Shown here: piece by piece, positions 48,919 to 57,596 of the stretch
How positions within the stretch are numbered: position 1 is the first letter of the stretch
How the letters are laid out: each line of letters starts with the position of its first letter
DNA from: Vulcanimicrobiota bacterium
GTDB lineage: Bacteria > Vulcanimicrobiota > Vulcanimicrobiia > Vulcanimicrobiales > Vulcanimicrobiaceae
DNA: 64,000 nucleotides
Direction of reading: 5' to 3'
Assembly: GCA_963733295.1 (NCBI GenBank)
Contig: CAVTCS010000003.1
Coordinates: 320,001-384,000 of the forward strand
Made by a program: the position numbers and the translations under genes
The notes under the pieces: generated by a model
What the model was told of the DNA's origin: nothing
The model's database searches: none
What the model saw: only the letters and a program-made list of their open reading frames with translations

Positions 48919-49614
48919 GTGAGGACCCCGTACTGCGCGGCAGCCGTCGTTCTGGCTTTGCTGATAGCCGCGCCCGCCGTGGCCCAGAATCAGATGATCC
49001 AGCAAAAGGTCGAACAAGCAAAGCAGCTGATGGTCGTCAACCAGCAGCAACTCGCACGCTATACCTGGCAGATGCAAGAGACCGTTACGGTCAACGGCGA
49101 CGTCAAACAACAGAGCATTTATCAGGTTCAACTGGGGCCCGACGGTCAACAGGTGCGGACGCTCGTTTCGCAGCCGGTCGCTCCGCAAGGCGGGGGCCGC
49201 CCGCACGGCATCAAGCATCGGATGCAGGAAGATTTTCAGCAATACGCTCAAGACGTCGGGGCGCTCGCCAAGAGTTACTCGCATTTGAGCCCCACGCGAG
49301 TGCAGCAGCTCTACGCTCAAGGGGCGGTAGCCCTCAAGTCCGGAGGAGCGCCCGGCTATTCAGCGCTCGTCATTTCAAATTACTTCAAACAAGGCGATTC
49401 GATCGTTTTGACGTCGAGCAACAGCCCGCGAGCGCTTTTTTCGGTAAACGTCGCCTCGTATCTCAGCCAGCCGTCAGACGCAGTCACCATCCAGGTTCGT
49501 TACGCGAAACTTCCCGACGGCACGAGCTACGCCGAAACGACGACGGTAAATGGGCAAAGCAAGAAGCTCACGGTCGTCGATCAGAGTTCGAGCTTCGTGC
49601 TCCGGACGCAGTAG
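48919..49614 (+). CDS. Secreted Gln-rich hypothetical protein
   Basis: Signal peptide ending AVA-Q; first gene of a three-gene operon. A possible ATC start lies at 48889. Confidence 0.78.
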   Translation: MRTPYCAAAVVLALLIAAPAVAQNQMIQQKVEQAKQLMVVNQQQLARYTWQMQETVTVNGDVKQQSIYQVQLGPDGQQVRTLVSQPVAPQGGGRPHGIKHRMQEDFQQYAQDVGALAKSYSHLSPTRVQQLYAQGAVALKSGGAPGYSALVISNYFKQGDSIVLTSSNSPRALFSVNVASYLSQPSDAVTIQVRYAKLPDGTSYAETTTVNGQSKKLTVVDQSSSFVLRTQ

Positions 49615-49624
49615 GAGGTCGAAT

Positions 49625-50098
49625 TTGAAACGTCATCGCGCGACCCACAGGCTCGGTCGGATCCTTCTCGTGATCCTTTTGGGTGCGGGATATTTAGCAG
49701 TCGCCGGGTCTCCGGCCGGCGCCACCGGAACGGCTCGCATCCAGCAGCGCGACGGTTCGGTGAAAACCTACACGAAAGTGCGGATCAGCATAGACGGGCA
49801 AAGCATGACCTTAACCTCGAGCGATGGGAAGGGGACCGTCTACATCGGTAAAGCCGCTTGCACGAAAGTCGGCGAGTTGGTCCGCTGTTTCCCGTACGAC
49901 GCAACGCTCGATCAGGGTGGGAAGACGACGCACATAGTGTTGCAAAGCGGCACCGTTTGGGTCAATCCTACTTCCACCAGACTTGCGCTTCCCAGTTCGT
50001 CGACGCAGCTTCCGCCTCGCGGCGTGATGCTGTCGATGCAAACAAAAGCAGGAACGTATGTGTCTCTTACCGGCACAGCGGACGAGGTAAAGAAATGA
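49625..50098 (+). CDS. Secreted beta-rich hypothetical protein (module copy 2, gene A')
   Basis: AGGAGG SD plus TTG; KAAC..GEL..C; paralog of 33175-33657. Confidence 0.8.
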   Translation: MKRHRATHRLGRILLVILLGAGYLAVAGSPAGATGTARIQQRDGSVKTYTKVRISIDGQSMTLTSSDGKGTVYIGKAACTKVGELVRCFPYDATLDQGGKTTHIVLQSGTVWVNPTSTRLALPSSSTQLPPRGVMLSMQTKAGTYVSLTGTADEVKK

Positions 50099-51171
50099 AC
50101 GCAAAACATGTAGCATCCGCAGCGTTGACCGTCTTGCTTGCGCTGCCCGCGGTTAGCGCGCTCGGCGCCGGGCGCGGCGGGGGCGGCGGCTTCGACTTTC
50201 ACAACGAAGGCAGCTACAGTCATTCGAGCACCGGGCCGGCCGGCACGAGCCGGACGACGACCGCGACGAATACCGGGAGCGGCTACAACCGTACGACCAC
50301 GGCGACCAACGGAGACGCCTCTCGAACGAGCACGGGCTCCGCGAACAGCAACGGAAACTACAGCCACAGTAGCAGCGGCTCGGATGCCTACGGAAGCCAC
50401 AACAGCAGCACGAGCGGAAACGTCAATTCCGGCAATTACAGCCACAACGGCAGCGGCAGTAATCCGTACGGCTCGTATAACGATTCGGGAAGCGGTAACA
50501 CCCACAACGGTACGTACAGCGGTTCGGGGACGGCTACGAATTCGTACGGTCAAACTTACCACACGAGCACCTACGCGAATAACGGCTACGTCTATCACGG
50601 CGCGACGGTGAGCAATCCGGTTTATGGCGGATACCCGGCCTGGGGGTGGAACGCCGGCGTCGCGTGGTACCCCGCGCCGATCTACTATGGCGGCGCATTT
50701 TGGGGAGCATACGCGGTAGGCGCCGCCACGGCGTCGTTGGTCTATGGGTCGGTGCTCGCAGCGAACAACGTAACGATCGCCTCGTACCAAGTCGAGCCGC
50801 AAAGTCCGGGCGCGAAGCTTCTCGCGAGCTACCAGCTGACTCAGACACCCTGCGGGCCGCCGAATCTCGTCGTCATCTACGGCCCGAACACGAGCGTGAT
50901 CTGCGCGCAGCCGAACAACCTCGTTTCTGCCGGCAACTATAGCGTCGATACCACGACCTTGACGATCGTTTCCGAGAACGGCGCAAGCGCGAGTGGATCG
51001 AGTGCTGCCGGCGGATCGAATTATCCGGTCGGTACGACCTTGAAGGCCTTACCGGCGGGCTGTGCGTCTTCAACCGTGCAGGGAACGGCCTACTACGTCT
51101 GCGGCAATACGTGGTTCAAGCCGCAAAATGATTCGGGTGGGGTCTCTTACAAAGCGGTTCCCGCTCCGTAG
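50095..51171 (+). CDS. Secreted Ser/Gly/Asn/Tyr low-complexity protein with conserved Cys domain and DUF6515-like tail (module copy 2, gene B')
   Basis: Signal peptide; ATGA overlap; WGWNAGVAWYP...CGPP...SVICAQPN; tail LPAGC...YYVCGNTWFKP. Confidence 0.82.
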   Translation: MNAKHVASAALTVLLALPAVSALGAGRGGGGGFDFHNEGSYSHSSTGPAGTSRTTTATNTGSGYNRTTTATNGDASRTSTGSANSNGNYSHSSSGSDAYGSHNSSTSGNVNSGNYSHNGSGSNPYGSYNDSGSGNTHNGTYSGSGTATNSYGQTYHTSTYANNGYVYHGATVSNPVYGGYPAWGWNAGVAWYPAPIYYGGAFWGAYAVGAATASLVYGSVLAANNVTIASYQVEPQSPGAKLLASYQLTQTPCGPPNLVVIYGPNTSVICAQPNNLVSAGNYSVDTTTLTIVSENGASASGSSAAGGSNYPVGTTLKALPAGCASSTVQGTAYYVCGNTWFKPQNDSGGVSYKAVPAP

Positions 51172-51177
51172 AGCGCC

Positions 51178-52197
51178 CTAGGCCGACCATTCGACGAGGG
51201 GACGCTCGCGCGCGCCGAGCAGCGTTTCGCGCGGCGTCTCGCCGAACGTCGTGCGATACTTCTCCGAAAATCGGCCGAAGTGGAGAAAGCCCCAGTTGCT
51301 GGCAACTTTGGTGACGGTCATGCCGCGGCCGCCGCGGCGCAGTTCCCGCATGGCGCGACCGAGTCTAACACCGCGCAGGTATGCCATCGGCGCGGTGCCG
51401 TAGGTCTCGGCGAAACCTAGAAGCAGCGTGCGTTGGTTGGCGCGCAGGGCTTCGCAGAGCTCGAGCAGCGAAACGTTCTCGCGCACGCGCTCGAGCAGGT
51501 AGCGGTGCGCGAGACGCGCCAAACGATGTCTTTCCGCGCTCCGCGCGATGCGCGGATCGGGCCGCATCGCATGCAGCAAGCGCTGGACCAAACGCCGCTC
51601 GAAGAGTTCCGCGCGGTCGGGCCGAGTCAAGAGCTCGGGATATTCCTGAGCCATCGCCAGCGAGCGCTGCGCGTCGCGCAAAAATGCGGCGCGTCGCTCG
51701 GCGCCGGCGAACTGAAAGATGCGTCCGTCCGGCTCGTTCTCGTCGGGGCGCAGCGTGTCGAGGCGTTCCTCGAGAAGCGTCTCCGATATGGAGATCACGA
51801 GGTGCCGAGTCGGTCCGGTCGTGTGATAGGCCGCGTCTTCGCCGAACCTCACGACCGCAATGTCGAGTTCCGACATCTCGGTGCTGCGAAAGACGCCGCC
51901 TCGTTCGCCGGCCAGCGGCATCAGGAAAGTGTATGCGTGCTTCGGCACGTTGCCGAGAAAGCTGAAGCCTCCCGAGTAGTCGATGCGCGCCAGCTGAACG
52001 TTCCCGGAGTGGGCGACCGCCATTCTTCCCGAGAACGCCCCCGCGCCGAGCGGCACGAACTCGCCGCGCCAATTCGGCGAGAGTTCGGCGAGGTGCGCGA
52101 AGTCCGAAACGCCCGCCGAGAAGGTCAATCCCGCGGGGAAGAGCGGAGTGTCTTGCGGGACGCGCCGGAAATTGCGATCGAGAGTCTGAACGGGCAC
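51178..52197 (-). CDS. AraC-family regulator (EutR-like)
   Basis: ELCEAL..NQRTLLLGF..YG..P..YLR..RL; VTKVA..WGFLHFGRFS..Y...FGETP. Confidence 0.9.
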   Translation of the reverse strand: MPVQTLDRNFRRVPQDTPLFPAGLTFSAGVSDFAHLAELSPNWRGEFVPLGAGAFSGRMAVAHSGNVQLARIDYSGGFSFLGNVPKHAYTFLMPLAGERGGVFRSTEMSELDIAVVRFGEDAAYHTTGPTRHLVISISETLLEERLDTLRPDENEPDGRIFQFAGAERRAAFLRDAQRSLAMAQEYPELLTRPDRAELFERRLVQRLLHAMRPDPRIARSAERHRLARLAHRYLLERVRENVSLLELCEALRANQRTLLLGFAETYGTAPMAYLRGVRLGRAMRELRRGGRGMTVTKVASNWGFLHFGRFSEKYRTTFGETPRETLLGARERPLVEWSA

Positions 52198-52251
52198 CTG
52201 GCCCGCATTTCGCGATTGGGATAATCTTCAGCCTCTCAGGTCAAAGGGACG

Positions 52252-52788
52252 CTAGCTCGTGCTGCTGGGAGTGCCTCGTGCGTCCATGACTTCGAGAACG
52301 CGCTTCGGATCGGTGGCTTCGGTCATCTCGCGCGCCTGAGGATCTTCACGGTTCTCAAGGTTGGGGCTGTCGACGCGCAAGCGTTCGACCAGTTCGATCA
52401 GCTTGGCGACCTTCGCTTCGGTGAGCGTCGTCATCTGCAGCGAAAGCTGCGCGTGACGTTCGGCCTGACGGTTTTGACGGTTTTCCGTGGTCAAGATGAT
52501 CGTGGTCATGATCAACGCGCAGAGTGAAGCCAACGTCTGCATCGCCTGGAACGGCGGCCGGTCCAGCGCGCGCGGGCCAAGCGCGAGATTGAGCGCGATC
52601 CAAACGATGACGAGCGCCACGATCGTGAAGGTCGTCGCAGGTCGTCCGAGTGCGGCGGTCGCACGCTCGATCCGGCGCTGATGTGCGGAGATACTGCTCT
52701 CGGCACTGCGGTGGATGTCGACGATCGATTCGATACTCTGCTCGAGGTGTTCCGGAACGCGCGCGTCGTCCGTTCTTCGAACGTCCAT
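52252..52788 (-). CDS. DUF1003 membrane protein
   Basis: WIALN...DRPPF...ILTTENRQ; EAKVAKLI.L. Confidence 0.82.
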   Translation of the reverse strand: MDVRRTDDARVPEHLEQSIESIVDIHRSAESSISAHQRRIERATAALGRPATTFTIVALVIVWIALNLALGPRALDRPPFQAMQTLASLCALIMTTIILTTENRQNRQAERHAQLSLQMTTLTEAKVAKLIELVERLRVDSPNLENREDPQAREMTEATDPKRVLEVMDARGTPSSTS

Positions 52789-52796
52789 TAAGCCTG

Positions 52797-52823
52797 TATT
52801 CCACCAGGCGGACGCGGCGAAAC
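52797..52823 (-). promoter_or_regulatory. SigB/SigF-like promoter
   Basis: GTTT-N17-GGAATA, 8 nt before the ATG. Confidence 0.45.
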
Positions 52824-52846
52824 GTCCTGGGTCCGCCGCCGGTGCG

Positions 52847-53263
52847 CTAGCGGAAAATCTGCTTGTCGTCTTCTTCCAGAACGTCGAGCGAAAGAATCAA
52901 GTCCGGACGTTCTGCCAGCCAAGGGTAGACCTCGAGCGCTTCGGTCCGATTACCGCCTCGCGGCTCGCGCGCCTCGATAAACGTATTCCATTTCGCTCTT
53001 TCCTGAGACATCGTATTCGAGCGAACGAACGCGGCGATGTCCTCATCTCCGGCTGCCTTGCCGACGGCCGCAGTGAAGGTCTCGAGCGAGATTCCGAGCG
53101 CGTCGAGCATCATCTGGGTAAAGCCTTGAATTTGATAGAGCCCCATATTGCCGCCCGGAAGCGTCGCCCTGACCTTGTCGATCGAGCGAGGCAGGAAGAT
53201 GACGCCCGCAAGTTCGGCTCGTGGGGGACGCGGCGGCGCGACGGTGAGATCGAGAGCTTCCAT
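52847..53263 (-). CDS. DUF5069-like protein
   Basis: DLT..PPRPPR..LAG...LPRSIDK.RA...G..G.Y; AAGGAG SD. Confidence 0.78.
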   Translation of the reverse strand: MEALDLTVAPPRPPRAELAGVIFLPRSIDKVRATLPGGNMGLYQIQGFTQMMLDALGISLETFTAAVGKAAGDEDIAAFVRSNTMSQERAKWNTFIEAREPRGGNRTEALEVYPWLAERPDLILSLDVLEEDDKQIFR

Positions 53264-53355
53264 TTGCGGCTCCTTTGGGCAAATCGCTATGCGGGATTTG
53301 AGCGCTTGACCGGCCATTCCCGCCCTCCGGTCGAGCGCGGTCCTGCCATGCGGGG

Positions 53356-54474
53356 CTACGCGATGCGCTCGAAGGGCGTCCAGTCCTTGGCGATTTCCGC
53401 GAACGCGCGCAAGGCCGAGGCGACGACTTGATCCATGTTATAGTAGCGATATTCCGCCAACCGGCCGACGAAGTAAACGTTGCGTTCGGCCGAAGCGAGC
53501 TTCGCGTACTTTGCGTACAGCGCCCGGTTCTCGGGACGCGGAATCGGGTAATACGGGTCCCCATCGTTCGACGGAAACTCGCGCGAGATCACCGTTTGCG
53601 GATGGCTCTGACCGGTGATGTATTTGTATTCCGTCGTACGCGTGAACGGCACGGATTCGCTCGGTTCGTTGATGACCGCGGCGGCCTGGTGCCATTCGAC
53701 CGCTTTCGTTTCGAACTCGAAGCGCAGCGAGCGGTAAGGGAGCTTTCCGTAGCGGAACTCGAAGAATTCGTCGACGGGGCCGGTGTACACGAGGCGGTCG
53801 AACTGAACGCGGGCATCGATCTCCTCGAACGACGCGCCGAGCGCGACTTCGATTCCGGGTTGGGCCAACATGCGCAAGCACATCGCTTCGAAGCCTTCGC
53901 GCGGCATCGCCTGAAAGGAATCGTTGAAATACCGGTCGTCGTCGTTCGTTCGCGTCGGGATACGACCGCACACGGATGCGTCGAGTTCGCTCGGATCGAG
54001 ACCCCACTGCTTGCGCGTGTAGCCACGGAAAAACAGCTCGTAGAGCTCGCGACCGACCTTCGAGACGATGGCATTTTCGGAATTCGTAATCGGTCCCGCG
54101 TTTTCGGCTCGGCTCGCGAGGAAGCGCGCCGCGTCGGTTGACGAGAGATCGAGTCCGAAGAGCAGATTGAGCGTCGTCCGATTGATCGGTATCGGGACCA
54201 GTCGCTTACGGACTCGGGCGAGTACGCGGTGTTCGTACGGCCGCCAAGCCGTGAACCGGCTCAGATATTCGACCACGGCCGGCGAGCTCGTATGGAAGAT
54301 GTGGGGTCCGTACGCGTGGCGGCGTAATCCGGAACTCTCGATGGGATCGTAGGCGTTGCCTGCGACGTGGGGCCGCTTGTCGACGACCAGGACCGTGGCC
54401 CCCAGCTCGACGACAAGGCGCTCGGCCATCGTGCATCCGCTGAGCCCGGCACCCACCACGAGGAAATCGTACAC
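53356..54474 (-). CDS. glf: UDP-galactopyranose mutase
   Basis: GAGLSG, HAYGPHIFHT, YTRKQWG, LPYRSL, PYYPIP, GRLAEYRYYNMD. Start may lie up to 60 nt further upstream. Confidence 0.95.
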   Translation of the reverse strand: MYDFLVVGAGLSGCTMAERLVVELGATVLVVDKRPHVAGNAYDPIESSGLRRHAYGPHIFHTSSPAVVEYLSRFTAWRPYEHRVLARVRKRLVPIPINRTTLNLLFGLDLSSTDAARFLASRAENAGPITNSENAIVSKVGRELYELFFRGYTRKQWGLDPSELDASVCGRIPTRTNDDDRYFNDSFQAMPREGFEAMCLRMLAQPGIEVALGASFEEIDARVQFDRLVYTGPVDEFFEFRYGKLPYRSLRFEFETKAVEWHQAAAVINEPSESVPFTRTTEYKYITGQSHPQTVISREFPSNDGDPYYPIPRPENRALYAKYAKLASAERNVYFVGRLAEYRYYNMDQVVASALRAFAEIAKDWTPFERIA

Positions 54475-54538
54475 TCGCGTGGGTTCCGAAAAAGCGCGTC
54501 CGTTCACCTGTCGAGCGCGCGGGAGCGGCCTCAAACAC

Positions 54539-54565
54539 GTTTGGCCGGGGTCCGAGGGGGGGTAC
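54539..54565 (+). promoter_or_regulatory. SigB/SigF-like promoter
   Basis: GTTT-N17-GGGTAC, 10 nt before ATG54576. Confidence 0.55.
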
Positions 54566-54575
54566 GTTGCGCCAT

Positions 54576-54932
54576 ATGACGATGATCCGCGACTGGTTCA
54601 GCGCGTTCGCGCGAACGGTGAATGAGTTTTGTTCGAGCCCGGCCGCGACGGCACTCGCCTTCGCCGTCGTCATCGTTTGGGCGATCTCGGGGCCGCACTT
54701 TCACTTCTCGGACGGTTGGCAGCTGGTCATCAATACGGGCACCACGATCGTAACGTTCCTGATGGTTTTCGTCCTCAACAACGCCCAATCGCGCGATACC
54801 TCGGCGATCAACGCGAAGCTCGACGCGATCATCTGCTCGATCGAGGCTGCCGACAATAGGATGATCGGGCTCGAGAAGCAGACGGACCTAACGGCAAAAA
54901 CTATCCATGACGAGGTCGTCGGCGCAACGTAG
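54576..54932 (+). CDS. Low-affinity iron permease family (Fet4-like) protein
   Basis: GP.FHFSDGWQLVINTGTTIVTFLMVF..QSRD..AI.AKLD. Confidence 0.88.
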   Translation: MTMIRDWFSAFARTVNEFCSSPAATALAFAVVIVWAISGPHFHFSDGWQLVINTGTTIVTFLMVFVLNNAQSRDTSAINAKLDAIICSIEAADNRMIGLEKQTDLTAKTIHDEVVGAT

Positions 54933-54955
54933 CGAGCTCTAGCGCAGTCAGCGCG

Positions 54956-55789
54956 CTAGATCTCAACGCCGTGTTCGTGCGCGTATTCGCGCAACTCGAC
55001 GCTGATCGTTTCGTTGGGGCCCAAGTGCCAGCCCGGAAGCGGCATCGCGAGCGGCCGCTCGTCGTGCGCGGTGCCCGCAAAGGGGTCGTCTACCGGATTG
55101 AAGCGCACCGGCCACGGGACGCCTTGACGCTGCGACGAGCCGTCGGAAAAGCGCACGTTGCAAACCACGTAGTAGTAGTTCCAACCTCCGTCTTTCCAAC
55201 TTTGTACCGGATCGCACAAGCCGTGATGTCGCATCGCGCTCGTGCCCAAGTCCGCGAAGTTCGGCCCGTAATGTTTCACGTCCGGCGGGGCGCCCGGCGG
55301 CACGTGCAAGGGATCGATTCCGGCCCGATCCTGTGCGATCGCGGCGGCCAAGTTACCCTGGATTTGTGCGATCCGCTGTTCGGACAACAGCGCCTTCCCG
55401 GTTGCCGCCGGGCGGGCTGGGTGCGGTGCAATGACGGGCGCCGGAGGCAAGTGAAGTTTGAAGTGCGGCCTGCCGAGTTCGATCTTGCGGGGCGGCGAGG
55501 TCGGCTGTGGCAGCGATGCGAGGACAGGAACGGGTCGCCGAATCGGAACGCTGGAGGATGGCGCCGGGGTATGGCTCGCGACGACGGGTTTGGGCGTCGG
55601 CCTCTCGATGCGCAGGACCTGATGGATTTCGACGACCTCTTTGGGCTGAGGTTGTACGCGTTTGAAAAACGGCAGTGTTCGCACGACGAAAATCGCCACG
55701 AGCACGTGCAAAAGCAGCGACGCGGCGAGCGCGACGCGCCGGCGGCGGGCATTCGCGTCGTTCAGCGAAAGGCGCCCTTGGTCGTACAC
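54956..55789 (-). CDS. TonB/TolA-like single-TM, Pro-rich protein with unrecognised C-domain
   Basis: RRRR plus TM containing SLLLH, Pro-rich linker, C-domain with two Cys. Start is GTG55789 or CTG55765. Confidence 0.62.
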   Translation of the reverse strand: MYDQGRLSLNDANARRRRVALAASLLLHVLVAIFVVRTLPFFKRVQPQPKEVVEIHQVLRIERPTPKPVVASHTPAPSSSVPIRRPVPVLASLPQPTSPPRKIELGRPHFKLHLPPAPVIAPHPARPAATGKALLSEQRIAQIQGNLAAAIAQDRAGIDPLHVPPGAPPDVKHYGPNFADLGTSAMRHHGLCDPVQSWKDGGWNYYYVVCNVRFSDGSSQRQGVPWPVRFNPVDDPFAGTAHDERPLAMPLPGWHLGPNETISVELREYAHEHGVEI

Positions 55790-55980
55790 GGCTTGGCGTG
55801 ATGGCTGCCGGCGAGCGCCACCCCGAGCGTGATGGTCATGGCGACGGCGAGGAAGAATGCCGCGTTGCGTGCGAGCGCCTGGCTCTTCGCGGGCACGTTT
55901 AACAAGGCCGCGAGATCGCCGGCCACAAGCAGAACGACCCAACTGCCGGCGATGGTGAAGCCGATGAGGTACCAGTCCAT
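55762..55980 (-). CDS. Small two-TM membrane protein
   Basis: MDWYLIGFTIAGSWVVLLVAG...AAFFLAVAMTITLGVALAG. Confidence 0.55.
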   Translation of the reverse strand: MDWYLIGFTIAGSWVVLLVAGDLAALLNVPAKSQALARNAAFFLAVAMTITLGVALAGSHHAKPCTTKGAFR

Positions 55981-56176
55981 AACGTCTGCGCGGTTCGCCG
56001 CCCGGCTGCCGCCTCGCTGCCGGGCCGTCCCACCCTCGACTGTAAAGGTCCCGCCTCGGATGATCCTGGGAAGCTTAACAGACGGTGAAACTGCCTCGCG
56101 GAGCGAGGCCCAAGCGGCCGAGCGCAGGACCGCACGTGGTTTCGTTCGCGTCGACGCGAGGAAAGATAAGCGCATC

Positions 56177-56368
56177 GTGTCTATCGAGCGGTTCATCGAG
56201 TGCCCCTGCGGTCATACCATCGAACTTCACGAGGCGAATGGCTGCGTTGGAAGCGTCCGCTATGCCAGGCGGCGCTGCACGTGCGCCCTCACCCGCTCGC
56301 AGGTACTCGATCTGCTGCTCGACGCCGAACGCGAAACGATACGCCGTGCCTGGCATGTGAACCGCTGA
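56177..56368 (+). CDS. Small Cys/His putative Zn-binding protein
   Basis: CPCGH-x4-H-x4-C...CTC, followed by an amphipathic helix. Confidence 0.6.
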   Translation: MSIERFIECPCGHTIELHEANGCVGSVRYARRRCTCALTRSQVLDLLLDAERETIRRAWHVNR

Positions 56369-56388
56369 AGCGGGGAACGAGTAAAAAA

Positions 56389-56622
56389 ATGAAAGATCTC
56401 GGCGACTATAAGAACGCACTCCCCGAAGAGGTCGACGATCGACCGGATTCGGGGGTGCCCCGCCAACTGCGGACGCCTGCCGACGACGAAGCTCCGCTCA
56501 GCCGGCGTGAAGCCGAAGTTGCGGGCCTGATCGATGGTCCCGTTTATGGCGAGAGTTCCGAGCACGAAACCGACGACGACCGGCGCGACATCGAGCATGC
56601 CGGTCCGGACGAGCACTTCTAG
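56389..56622 (+). CDS. Small acidic hypothetical protein
   Basis: 77 aa, D/E-rich; fills the gap between neighbouring genes. Confidence 0.55.
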   Translation: MKDLGDYKNALPEEVDDRPDSGVPRQLRTPADDEAPLSRREAEVAGLIDGPVYGESSEHETDDDRRDIEHAGPDEHF

Positions 56623-56631
56623 CCAGGAAGC

Positions 56632-57006
56632 CTACTGCAGCGAGCCGCTCGTGCTCGGAGACTGCGGTTGCGAGAGGCTTGCGAGCGCCGGACTCAACGA
56701 ATCGTAAACGCCCATCGCGCGCGTGAGTCCGGCTACGTCGATCAGGCGCCGCGCGTGCGAGCCCGGACGCGCCACGACCGCTAAACGCGATCCAAGCGCA
56801 TTTGCGAGCCGGATCAATATGCGCAAACCGCTGCTGTCGATATAGGGACAGTCCGAGAGCGCGACGATCAGTTGGGTGCCGGTTTCGTTCTGGAGATCGT
56901 TCAGGTCGGCTTCCAAGAATTGGGCATTGGACATATCGATCTCGGCCCGCACGTCGGCAACGCGCGTATCTCCGATGTAAGAAAAGTCGGCCAGACTCGT
57001 TCGCAC
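56632..57006 (-). CDS. STAS-domain anti-sigma factor antagonist
   Basis: EIDMSNA; LSDCPYIDSSGL (phosphorylatable Ser motif); GGAG SD. Confidence 0.88.
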   Translation of the reverse strand: MRTSLADFSYIGDTRVADVRAEIDMSNAQFLEADLNDLQNETGTQLIVALSDCPYIDSSGLRILIRLANALGSRLAVVARPGSHARRLIDVAGLTRAMGVYDSLSPALASLSQPQSPSTSGSLQ

Positions 57007-57042
57007 GAACTCCCTCCCTCGGACTTGATGTTATCGGCGCCT

Positions 57043-57069
57043 ATACCCGCTGCGCCACGGCTTTATTCC
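57043..57069 (-). promoter_or_regulatory. SigF-like promoter for the STAS gene
   Basis: GGAAT-N16-GGGTAT. Confidence 0.5.
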
Positions 57070-57458
57070 CGCGAGGACGGTTTGCTTCGCCGCAGGGGCA
57101 AGACGACTTCCACGGTCGTTCCGCGCCCGGGCTCATAAGAGACGAGCAGCGAGCGCGCGAAGGCCTGGACGAGGGCGAGTCCGCGGCCGCGCTGCTCGGT
57201 GCGACCGGCCGGCGGCTGCGGCAAAGAAAACCCGCGACCGCTGTCCTCGACGACGAACTTCGCTTCGGCTCCCTCCCACTCGGCCCGGACCCGAACCGGC
57301 CCCGGTGCGTGACGAATGACGTTCCCGAGCAATTCGCCGATGATGAGTTCGGTGGCCGCGAAGTCGGAATCCTCACTCGCGTCCTGCTCGAGAAAGCGCG
57401 CGACCTGGCGACGCACGGCACCCGGCTGCAAGTCTCCCGTGTGGAGGCGGAGTTCCAC
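57063..57458 (-). CDS. RsbW-like anti-sigma factor / Ser kinase (HATPase_c_2)
   Basis: ELLGNVIRHA, VEDSGRGF, GRGLALV, GTTV. Confidence 0.88.
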   Translation of the reverse strand: MELRLHTGDLQPGAVRRQVARFLEQDASEDSDFAATELIIGELLGNVIRHAPGPVRVRAEWEGAEAKFVVEDSGRGFSLPQPPAGRTEQRGRGLALVQAFARSLLVSYEPGRGTTVEVVLPLRRSKPSSRE

Positions 57459-57596
57459 GTTACGCCCTTCGGTGGGGCAGCATCTTTCTTAGGCCCTCAC
57501 TGTCAGGACAGTTTCCCAAAAATCAGCAACGCCGCTGCTGTACGGGTTTCCGAGCTAGCGTGTTAGGCCGAGCCTCAAGGACGGTAAGGATCCGAT

